A stretch of 12,783 bases of DNA, taken from the IMG/VR virus record IMGVR_UViG_2636415418_000003, one strand, 5' to 3'. Shown here in pieces: positions 6,574 to 12,783 of this stretch (position 1 is its first letter; every line of letters starts with the position of its first letter). A program made the position numbers and the translations under genes. The DNA is from a virus (Duplodnaviria; Heunggongvirae; Uroviricota; Caudoviricetes). A model generated the notes under the pieces. That model made no database searches and had not been told where the DNA came from. It saw only the letters and a list, made by a program, of their open reading frames with translations.

Positions 6574-8002
6574 CGCTATCTGTGGCAGTGGAAAAAGCTA
6601 CAAACTCAAACAATATATAAAGAACAATCCTGATAAACGAATCCTAATAGCTGTCCCAACACACGAATTAGCTTCTCAAACACAATCAGACCTCCAGAAA
6701 CTCGGCATTCCTGCATATCACAACCAGGTAGATAATGGCGAGAGCGCAACACGATCACTAATAAACGCGCTGGATGATGATTTTGGGCGAAACATTGTTA
6801 TTGTGACTCACGAATGCCTACTACATTTTTGTTTATATGCGTATCGTGATGAGAAAACCCAGAATAAATTACATCTGTTTGACATCTATATAGATGAAAT
6901 CCCCACAGCCTGGTACGGGGCTGAGGTTGATTATAAAAATGAGGAATATCGAAACTCCAACTTCCCATTTCTCGGATGGTTAGAGGAACGGGACGGTCTA
7001 CGTTTTGTTCGTCATGAGGACAGAGAAAAATTCCTCGCCTATTACCAGAGTGAACACGCTAACAGTAAACTGTTAAAACAGGCTCTATTTGCCTTGCTCA
7101 CAGGGCAGGGAATGCTGTTAGAGGAGGATAAATATTTTTTCTCGTTTACTGCTAACCCAATCCTGTATAGCGCCCTGTGGGCTAAATCATTCACTGTGTT
7201 AGGCGCTAACGTTGGGATTAGTGAGTTTGCCTACGCCGCTAAAACTATTCTGAATGCAGAAATCTCGCTGGCTGATGATGAGTTGCAGCCGGACCTGATG
7301 CGCCGCGTTCATACTGACACAAAAAGAATTGAACTGATCCCGGTGTTTAACCAGAAATGTACAAAAAAACTACTGAGTGAAAATTACAGCGATATCCTGA
7401 ACGGGACACGCAGAGCGCTGAGAGACGGCTTTATTTATACCAGCAACAACGATGAGCAGTACAGCAACGGGTTTTACTACGCCTCACATGCTGATGACGT
7501 GTTAGAAGGTGGTGAGCGTGTTTCAATGGCATCCTATGGCCTGAACCATTACCAGCACCTGAATAAAGCCGCATTCTTGGGATGTGCAAACCTCGACAAA
7601 ACAACCATTGGACACTGGCGCAAGTATTGTGATCTAAATGGCTGGGACTGGCGTGAGTTAGAGGAGAAACGGCAGGCAGCACTGAACTACGAAAAGGTTT
7701 ATCAATTCGTTTCCCGCTGTTCTGTCCGTGTTAGAGGGAACAACAATAAACAGGTTTATATCATCCCTGATGTCGGTTGTGCTGAATATCTCAAACAACA
7801 TTATTTTCCAGATGCAGTGATCAAACCAGCGATGATAAAAGCTGAAAGGAAAAAGAGAGATACGTCTAAAGGCGATTCGAAACTTCAGTTAATCAAGGGA
7901 CTATTGGACGAAGGTTATAAACAGAGTCAGATTATTGCAATCACAGGTTTTAAAGAAAATTCAGTTAAGGGATACTTAAAAAGAATCCGAAAAGCAGCAT
8001 AA
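6533..8002 (+). CDS. P-loop NTPase with helicase-like motifs and a C-terminal sigma-70 region-4-like HTH (489 aa)
   Basis: Walker A CGSGKS near the N-terminus; PTHELA (resembles helicase motif Ia); Walker B-like LFDIYIDE; C-terminal IAITGFKENSVKGYLKRIRK resembles sigma region 4 / LuxR-type HTH. ATG at 6533 with SD agagga (6522-6527) preferred over the TTG at 6518 in the ORF track. Confidence 0.85.
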   Translation: MQKTEQSLKLKIVNAICGSGKSYKLKQYIKNNPDKRILIAVPTHELASQTQSDLQKLGIPAYHNQVDNGESATRSLINALDDDFGRNIVIVTHECLLHFCLYAYRDEKTQNKLHLFDIYIDEIPTAWYGAEVDYKNEEYRNSNFPFLGWLEERDGLRFVRHEDREKFLAYYQSEHANSKLLKQALFALLTGQGMLLEEDKYFFSFTANPILYSALWAKSFTVLGANVGISEFAYAAKTILNAEISLADDELQPDLMRRVHTDTKRIELIPVFNQKCTKKLLSENYSDILNGTRRALRDGFIYTSNNDEQYSNGFYYASHADDVLEGGERVSMASYGLNHYQHLNKAAFLGCANLDKTTIGHWRKYCDLNGWDWRELEEKRQAALNYEKVYQFVSRCSVRVRGNNNKQVYIIPDVGCAEYLKQHYFPDAVIKPAMIKAERKKRDTSKGDSKLQLIKGLLDEGYKQSQIIAITGFKENSVKGYLKRIRKAA

Positions 8003-8006
8003 ATCA

Positions 8007-8060
8007 ACGGCGTCCGAAAATCCGGACGGCGTTAAATTAAACCCACCCGAAAGTTCGGGT
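8007..8060 (+). other. Two consecutive GC-rich hairpins between the ATPase gene and the next gene; possible partial terminator or RNA-processing / protein-binding site
   Basis: Hairpin 1: 8007-8016 pairs with 8023-8032 (one mismatch). Hairpin 2: acccg (8045-8049) / cgggt (8056-8060). Neither is followed by a clear T tract. Confidence 0.3.
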
Positions 8061-8089
8061 ACCGTTAAATAATAATCATTGGAGGAATA

Positions 8090-8452
8090 TTGGCATATGC
8101 ACGACAAAATGTAGTATTTGAGGAATCAACAGAAATCGGATTTAACAGCAGAACAAAAAAAGTAAAAATCCCTAAGAAGTTAAAACCTCTAAAAATAATC
8201 AAACTCTACGAAGAATCTGCACTACTGACACCAGAAGAACAATCAATAATTAACTCTATGGCTGGTGTAACGTGGAAGCCCCGCCAGAGGTATTCCGGAT
8301 TCAAGTTCAATCGTGAACCGCTCAAATTTGAGTACCTGTTTGATAACATCAATGAGTATGAGGGCTGGTTAGAATTCAATCGCCTTGAGAATGAAAACTT
8401 TAATGGGAATGATCTTGGACTAGATTTTGATGCCAACGGCATCTCTGATTAA
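8090..8452 (+). CDS. Hypothetical protein (120 aa) with probable TTG start
   Basis: Only in-frame start after the upstream stop is TTG at 8090, preceded by SD GGAGGA (8081-8086) at a short 3-nt spacing; acidic C-terminus. Confidence 0.55.
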   Translation: MAYARQNVVFEESTEIGFNSRTKKVKIPKKLKPLKIIKLYEESALLTPEEQSIINSMAGVTWKPRQRYSGFKFNREPLKFEYLFDNINEYEGWLEFNRLENENFNGNDLGLDFDANGISD

Positions 8453-8480
8453 TTATTATAAAAATAACAGGAAGGTAAAA

Positions 8481-8768
8481 ATGATTGATTTTGAACAACA
8501 CAAAAACATTGTAGAACAGTTTGTAGAACAGCATTACCCGCTCGCGCATAGTCTGATGTTGGATAGTTATATTGACCCAGAAGCCTATTATTCAAACTAC
8601 CAAATGCTACTAGAAGCGATGAATAAATTGCCTGAACATCCTGAGTGCTTTTTAGAGTGGCTCTTAGAAGCTGATGCAGCTTTGTATATTAATCTGATGG
8701 AACTTGTTGTAATAACCAGAACTATTCATAACGTGTTTGAACAAGTTTCGTCTGGAGGGATGGAATAA
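8481..8768 (+). CDS. Acidic hypothetical protein (95 aa)
   Basis: ATG at 8481 with SD aggaagg (8469-8475) at 5-nt spacing, preferred over the TTG at 8427 in the ORF track, which would overlap the upstream gene. Confidence 0.65.
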   Translation: MIDFEQHKNIVEQFVEQHYPLAHSLMLDSYIDPEAYYSNYQMLLEAMNKLPEHPECFLEWLLEADAALYINLMELVVITRTIHNVFEQVSSGGME

Positions 8769-9052
8769 TGTTTAAACGGAATAAACCCTCGGAGCATCCA
8801 ACAATCACCTCTGGAAGATATCATACACAGGACGGGAATATTTATATCCAACGTGATGATGGTATCTGGAAGCAAAATGTTAACTACCTCGCTGCTATTC
8901 CTAATCAGTACGGATGCACCACCTACGAGGAACAATTTGAGAAGATTATAGGTCACATCGATAACGGTAAATTACGTGGTACATACGCCTCTACGATGCA
9001 TTATAAAATGATAGATGGTAAACTCTATAGATTTAATGAGAAAACGTCTTAG
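8768..9052 (+). CDS. Hypothetical protein (94 aa) with repeated DG-x-IY / DGKLY beta-hairpin-like motifs
   Basis: ATG overlaps the upstream stop (TAATG); SD ggaggg (8754-8759) at 8-nt spacing; last gene of the operon. Confidence 0.65.
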   Translation: MFKRNKPSEHPTITSGRYHTQDGNIYIQRDDGIWKQNVNYLAAIPNQYGCTTYEEQFEKIIGHIDNGKLRGTYASTMHYKMIDGKLYRFNEKTS

Positions 9053-9111
9053 AATGCCACTTTTATACCCCTTTTTATACACCTTATCGTTTCTCAAAAA
9101 ATATTAAAAAT

Positions 9112-9137
9112 GTCTCTATTTAGAGACTCTATTTATT
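9112..9137 (+). terminator. Weak hairpin plus T-rich tract after the operon; possible terminator
   Basis: gtctct (9112-9117) / agagac (9122-9127) with 4-nt loop, followed by tctatttatt; the stem is short and AT-containing. Confidence 0.25.
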
Positions 9138-9164
9138 GACAAAATAATGTTTTAATGTTATTAT
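9136..9164 (+). promoter_or_regulatory. Near-consensus sigma-70 promoter (TTGACA, 17-nt spacer, TATTAT)
   Basis: -35 ttgaca at 9136-9141 (exact consensus), spacer 9142-9158, -10 tattat at 9159-9164; predicted start near 9171. Confidence 0.5.
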
Positions 9165-9309
9165 AAATATGTAGACAATAATCAACGGATGCTATACTTA
9201 GAATATTGTTTACTACAGAAAAAGTAGGCGTTACTGGCATTACGCCTTCCTTGGGAATCCTCACAGTTTGCTCCGGGACTAGTTCACCCATCCACGATAA
9301 CTGTGGGGC

Positions 9310-9349
9310 AATTCTCAATATATATTTTCGTGAGTGTATATTGAGAATT
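9310..9349 (+). repeat. Perfect 13-bp inverted repeat aattctcaatata / tatattgagaatt with 14-nt loop
   Basis: Read directly; inside the candidate leader RNA; could be an RNA hairpin or a DNA operator. Confidence 0.6.
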
Positions 9350-9401
9350 AATCCGCCAAAAAGTTTAGTTCAATGTTAATCAATTATTCTTCTTATGTTT
9401 T

Positions 9402-9437
9402 AAGGCCACTATTTCTGTGGCCTTTCTTTTATTCTTT
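9402..9437 (+). terminator. Intrinsic terminator about 30 nt upstream of the downstream module
   Basis: Stem aaggccac (9402-9409) / gtggcctt (9417-9424) with 7-nt loop, followed by a T-rich tract to 9437. Confidence 0.55.
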
Positions 9438-9465
9438 GCAAAGAAACAAAAGGATTTTAAAAATT

Positions 9466-9690
9466 ATGGTTACAATTACAAAAGGCGTCCAAACGTTTGA
9501 CGGGAAAATCCCCGTTACTCTGTTGGTTGATGATGTCGAAACGGCAAACGAGTTAATCAAGCTCGCTAAAGCTGCAAATGTCCCTGTAGTAGAACAGGAA
9601 GAAGATTTAAATAAATCTAAAAATAAAACTACTCAAGATAAACTAAAACAGATTATTAAAAACAAAGGGGTTCCTAATGGCACTAATTAA
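9466..9690 (+). CDS. Hypothetical protein (74 aa); start uncertain
   Basis: ATG at 9466 with weak SD aagga at ~11-nt spacing; the alternative in-frame ATG at 9373 would put the terminator hairpin inside the coding sequence and has no SD; 14-nt overlap with the next gene. Confidence 0.45.
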   Translation: MVTITKGVQTFDGKIPVTLLVDDVETANELIKLAKAANVPVVEQEEDLNKSKNKTTQDKLKQIIKNKGVPNGTN

Positions 9691-10027
9691 ATTCCCACAA
9701 CCTAATCTCAGCGTCTGCGACGTTCTGAGCCGTGAATTAAACGGCTACAGCCGAAAAGTTAAAGTTTTTCCAAAGATTCCTGATTGCGTCCCTGGAACTG
9801 TGATTGATGATAGCGGCGAAATTGTCGGTTCGGCTTCTACCTCTGCGAACGTGGTCCTTGAATATAAAGACGCAGACACTACGCCTGTCGCTGTTCTGGT
9901 AGCAAATACGAATATCCATATCAAGGATTTCAGTTTGGTTTGTGATGATGTAGCAAAAGCTAAAGAACTACTTTCTGCTGATCCTGCTGTTTATTTCAGC
10001 ACTGGCAATGATTTGCCAACTACCTGA
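9677..10027 (+). CDS. Hypothetical protein (116 aa)
   Basis: ATG at 9677 with SD aagggg (9665-9670) at 6-nt spacing; sits immediately upstream of the 346-aa gene, the position a head-decoration gene would occupy in a lambda-like head module (speculative). Confidence 0.6.
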   Translation: MALIKFPQPNLSVCDVLSRELNGYSRKVKVFPKIPDCVPGTVIDDSGEIVGSASTSANVVLEYKDADTTPVAVLVANTNIHIKDFSLVCDDVAKAKELLSADPAVYFSTGNDLPTT

Positions 10028-10068
10028 TTAAAATAATCCACAAACTAAAATAATAAAGGAAAAATAAT

Positions 10069-11109
10069 ATGTTTTCATATGATGCCTATAAAATGGTAGA
10101 CCTTGCCCCGATTTTTGAAGTTGCACCGAGTGAAGGTTACTTACTACAGAATTTAAACATCTTTGATAAATCTTCGAGTGACGGCATTTATGTCATGCTC
10201 GATCGCCTTATCGAAGATAATAAAACCCTCCTGAACCAACCGAAAAAACGTTACAGTTTTGAACACGATTCGACGGCCCGGACTCCCGCAAATAGTTTCC
10301 CGGTAGAACTTCTGCACCTGCACCGCGAGGATACTGTGAGCGCTGTTGATTTTCAGAAAGCTGGACGCAAACCGGGGACAGATGTTCAGGAAACCATGCT
10401 CGATATCGTCGCGGATTACACCCTCAAACACGCTAAATCCTATAAGCGCTATATCGAGGCTGCATACGGTGATGCTCTGTTTCGTGGGCTGGTTCAGACC
10501 CCGTACACTCAGGAAGCACCAGTTATTGATTATGCTGACAGTTTCGATGCCCCGATGATGGCAGACACTATCAATCTGTCCAACGGCTCTACCGATGCGT
10601 TGGAAGTGTTTAATGGCTTCTTGGATAAAATTAGCACTGCCACAGATGGTTTGTGGACTGATGTTCGCCGTGTTGTCTGTTTTGCATCTGCAAGCTTCTA
10701 TAATAGCCTGCGTTTTCATGCCTCTATGAAAAGCGCTTACCAGTACGTTGACCCATTTAACGAGATGAATATCGTTTATCAGCGCAAAGAGGTTTTGCCA
10801 AATGTGCAAACCTTCACCTTGCCAGGACTGAGCATAGACGTGATCAAGGTGACTGACCCGCTTCTTACTCCGTTTATCGCTGACGGTACAGCGGTCATGC
10901 TGCCAGTATTCCAAAGCAACACGAACGTTTATCAACATCTGTACGGTCCTGCCTCAGTTGATACTAATCTAGCGGCGTCTGGCATTACTCAAGAATATTT
11001 CTCCTATCAGTACGAGAAAGAGCGTGGTGAGGTTGAAATTGTATCAGAGGCGTCGGTGTTGCCTGTAAATCACGGTACCAATTTCAGTCTGGTTATCACT
11101 GCCAATTAA
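10069..11109 (+). CDS. Hypothetical protein (346 aa); candidate virion structural (capsid-like) protein, unverified
   Basis: ATG at 10069 with SD aagga (10056-10060) at 8-nt spacing; ordinary amino-acid composition, whereas the antisense ORF 10153-10938 is Cys/Trp/His-rich; size and gene order are compatible with a major capsid protein but I see no conclusive motif. Confidence 0.8.
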   Translation: MFSYDAYKMVDLAPIFEVAPSEGYLLQNLNIFDKSSSDGIYVMLDRLIEDNKTLLNQPKKRYSFEHDSTARTPANSFPVELLHLHREDTVSAVDFQKAGRKPGTDVQETMLDIVADYTLKHAKSYKRYIEAAYGDALFRGLVQTPYTQEAPVIDYADSFDAPMMADTINLSNGSTDALEVFNGFLDKISTATDGLWTDVRRVVCFASASFYNSLRFHASMKSAYQYVDPFNEMNIVYQRKEVLPNVQTFTLPGLSIDVIKVTDPLLTPFIADGTAVMLPVFQSNTNVYQHLYGPASVDTNLAASGITQEYFSYQYEKERGEVEIVSEASVLPVNHGTNFSLVITAN

Positions 11110-11119
11110 TGATCTTCGC

Positions 11120-11150
11120 AGCAGCATTAACCGTGCTGCTTGTTGAATTA
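11120..11150 (+). terminator. Weak hairpin after the 346-aa gene
   Basis: agcagca (11120-11126) / tgctgct (11134-11140) with 7-nt loop, followed by tgttgaatta; poor T tract. Confidence 0.2.
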
Positions 11151-11211
11151 TGGATTGGTGAGCGAATTCCAGTTCATATAATAATTATTCTATTGTGGAG
11201 ATTGTTAAAAA

Positions 11212-11415
11212 ATGACAGCACAAATAATCCTTAAAGATGAAAACGGAAACTTCGCTACTATTGACGATCTCAGCGATTGGGATTTATTTAGGTTAATCAA
11301 TATTACACGGTTAGCCAAAAAAACCGGGAGGAATCGTCATACTATTGCAGCACACGTATGCAGGCAATACCCCGATGGCGAGTATAGAAGTTTGGTAACA
11401 GCATTAAACAAATAA
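11212..11415 (+). CDS. Small hypothetical protein (67 aa) with possible helix-turn-helix
   Basis: ATG at 11212; SD ggag at a long ~11-nt spacing; segment INITRLAKKTGRNRHTIAAHV has an HTH-like pattern. Confidence 0.45.
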   Translation: MTAQIILKDENGNFATIDDLSDWDLFRLINITRLAKKTGRNRHTIAAHVCRQYPDGEYRSLVTALNK

Positions 11416-11431
11416 AAATTTAAATTATATA

Positions 11432-11467
11432 AAGCCTCTGCCCTGTTTGGTCAGGGGCTTTTTTATT
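11432..11467 (+). terminator. Bulged hairpin plus T tract; possible partial terminator before the last gene
   Basis: Outer helix aagcc (11432-11436) / ggctt (11456-11460) and inner helix ccctg (11441-11445) / caggg (11452-11456) as alternative pairings, followed by tttttatt; the next gene starts 12 nt later, so read-through is likely. Confidence 0.35.
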
Positions 11468-11478
11468 ATGGAGTAGCT

Positions 11479-12783
11479 ATGGCAACTAAGGTAGAAGCAG
11501 CAACACTGGTTAACAGGATTGTTTATAAGTCTGATTTAAACAGTCTGAAAAAAGTTAGAAATGACATGAAAAAACTGCAAAAAGACTTCAGCAAAACAGA
11601 GGGAACTATAGCCAAAGCAAAGATGCAGGCTCAAAAACAGGCGTACACTGCACAAATGCAGCAGCAGAAACAGGTTCAACAACAGCAGAAACAAGCTGCA
11701 AAACAACAAGCAGTAGATGCAAAGGCTAAGGCTAATGAGCAAAAAAAGCTGGCGGCAGCCCAGAGCATAGCGGCTAAAATCCAGCTTCAGCAGCAGGCTA
11801 AAACCGCTAAAACAAATGAAAACGCCATGCTGGCTCAACGCAAGGCTCTTTTCGACATCGGTAGGCTCCAGGGTCTAAATGGTACAGAGAGGTTGGCAGC
11901 AGCACGACACGCCCAGAATCTGGTTAAACAGTACCAAGCAGGTGCAATCAGCCTCCGGGATTTAAACAGCCAAATGGCTATACATATGGCTCAGCAAAAG
12001 GCCCTGGCAAGGAATAACAATCAGCAGGCAAAAAAATCAGGTCAGGGAAAAAAATCTGGTTCTTCAGGTTGGGTTGCACGTAATGCTGGCGCGATACTGC
12101 CCGTGGACAAAATTTTAGGACCCACAGCCGCTGCATATCTAGGTACTCAGGCCTACCAGATTATATCCGGAACACTGGCGGGAGCAGTAGAACGGAACCA
12201 GGGCAGGAAGATGATCCAGAGTTTTGGTGGAAACGACCTTGAGTATATGGCGTTGAGACAGGAATCTCTGAAAAGAACAGGTTTTGACATCTCTAGGGAC
12301 AAATACGCCGATATTAGTAAAGACCTAAAGGACCGCCAGGGTGATTTAACTTTTGGTAGCACTGATAAAAACGGCAATTTTACTGGTGGTGGTGAGTTCT
12401 CGGATTTGGTCAACGTCATGCGCCAGAGGATGGGTTACTCCAACGGCGGCGCTGTCAAACAGTTGCAGTCGCTAAAAACGCCAGTCGAGTTTGCTGTGAT
12501 GCTGCGCGGGATGCTTGAATCAGGCAAAATCACCACGCAGGAATTTGTCAATATGGGGGAAAGGATCAATGACGCCTCATATGTTCTGAATAGCGTTGAT
12601 TCTGGTGGTCAGAACCTGATAAAAACTATGGATACCTTGGTTGATTCTCATTTAGCACTAACGACTGCTCAACAGAAATCTATTAATAATCTAACAGAGA
12701 TGTCAGCAGTATTTAATCAAGCAAAAGAAGCTTTGGGTGATCAATTTGCAGCTTCCTTTAGCATGAAGTGGTTTACTGAATTT
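11479..12783 (+). CDS. Large Gln/Ala/Lys-rich coiled-coil protein, 3'-partial (at least 435 aa); tape-measure-like or scaffold-like, unverified
   Basis: ATG at 11479 with SD ggag (11470-11473) at 5-nt spacing; I translated the frame by hand to the window end with no stop; missing from the ORF track only because it has no stop in the window; N-terminal ~170 aa are Q/A/K-rich, followed by Gly-rich hydrophobic segments. Confidence 0.8.
   Translation, partial: MATKVEAATLVNRIVYKSDLNSLKKVRNDMKKLQKDFSKTEGTIAKAKMQAQKQAYTAQMQQQKQVQQQQKQAAKQQAVDAKAKANEQKKLAAAQSIAAKIQLQQQAKTAKTNENAMLAQRKALFDIGRLQGLNGTERLAAARHAQNLVKQYQAGAISLRDLNSQMAIHMAQQKALARNNNQQAKKSGQGKKSGSSGWVARNAGAILPVDKILGPTAAAYLGTQAYQIISGTLAGAVERNQGRKMIQSFGGNDLEYMALRQESLKRTGFDISRDKYADISKDLKDRQGDLTFGSTDKNGNFTGGGEFSDLVNVMRQRMGYSNGGAVKQLQSLKTPVEFAVMLRGMLESGKITTQEFVNMGERINDASYVLNSVDSGGQNLIKTMDTLVDSHLALTTAQQKSINNLTEMSAVFNQAKEALGDQFAASFSMKWFTEF

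Larger units (their letters stand above)
9171..9437 (+). ncRNA. Candidate ~265-nt structured RNA or leader transcript running from the 9136 promoter to the 9402-9437 terminator
   Basis: No SD-preceded ORF inside; contains hairpin aggcgt / acgcct (stem 6 bp), a long-range cacagtt / aactgtg pairing, and a perfect 13-bp stem (9310-9322 / 9337-9349); ends at an intrinsic terminator. Expression is not demonstrated. Confidence 0.35.

Noticed and set aside
7431-7682. ORF 7431-7682 (minus, 83 aa)
   Set aside because: Antisense within the ATPase gene; Cys/His/Arg-rich composition typical of shadow ORFs
8206-8442. ORF 8206-8442 (minus, 78 aa)
   Set aside because: Antisense within the 120-aa gene; Ser-rich low complexity; opposite to operon direction
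8726-8956. ORF 8726-8956 (minus, 76 aa)
   Set aside because: Antisense within the 94-aa gene; no RBS
9133-9318. ORF 9133-9318 (minus, 61 aa)
   Set aside because: Lies across the promoter and structured leader; no RBS; better explained as non-coding
9373-9465. Longer start (ATG 9373) for the 9466-9690 gene
   Set aside because: Would place the intrinsic terminator hairpin and T tract inside the coding sequence and has no SD; kept as an alternative only
9737-9919. ORF 9737-9919 (minus, 60 aa)
   Set aside because: Antisense within the 116-aa gene
10153-10938. ORF 10153-10938 (minus, 261 aa) and ORF 10346-10558 (plus, 70 aa)
   Set aside because: The long minus ORF is the antisense shadow of the 346-aa gene, with Cys/Trp/His/Ile-rich composition, no RBS and opposite orientation to all neighbours; the 70-aa ORF is an out-of-frame internal ORF
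11536-12419. ORFs 11536-11838 and 12153-12419 (minus)
   Set aside because: Antisense shadows inside the long plus-strand coiled-coil gene; the first is a Leu/Phe/Cys/Ser-rich translation of a CAG/AAA-rich coding strand
1-12783. CRISPR array, rRNA, intact tRNA, IS element or transposase
   Set aside because: No regularly spaced repeats with unique spacers, no rRNA-like conserved blocks, no complete tRNA cloverleaf, and no transposase-like ORF or terminal inverted repeats were found

Overview
This 12.8-kb window reads as part of an AT-rich, horizontally acquired integrative element in an enterobacterial-type chromosome; no individual product could be confirmed by search, so all family names are from sequence motifs and recall. 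Landmarks, left to right: a minus-strand secreted repeat protein (365-796); a 43-nt 3' fragment of tRNA-Thr(CGU) with no 5' half and no CCA (1132-1174), read as an att core; a hairpin-dense leader and a 49-aa basic micro-protein with a consensus Shine-Dalgarno; a DUF2971-like gene convergent with a small Cys-rich ORF; and a catalytic-domain-only tyrosine recombinase (3524-4081, minus). A 2.1-kb AT-rich region (4134-6211) then holds only one gene (coiled-coil plus zinc ribbon) but many repeats: a perfect 15-bp direct repeat 1.5 kb apart, several perfect palindromes and iteron-like ATAGTTAATA copies. Downstream, all on the plus strand, is a tightly coupled six-gene operon (6212-9052) centred on a 489-aa P-loop ATPase with helicase-like motifs and a sigma-70 region-4-like C-terminal HTH. 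It is followed by a near-consensus promoter, a roughly 265-nt structured leader and an intrinsic terminator (9136-9437), which looks like either a stand-alone small RNA or a 6S/Q-type antitermination checkpoint. The final module (9466-12783) has a 346-aa protein and a Gln/Ala/Lys-rich coiled-coil protein running off the window; a virion-structural role is only a guess. No rRNA, intact tRNA, CRISPR array or transposase was seen. The operon plus leader/terminator plus downstream module is the best candidate for an undescribed system (satellite-like or defence-like).
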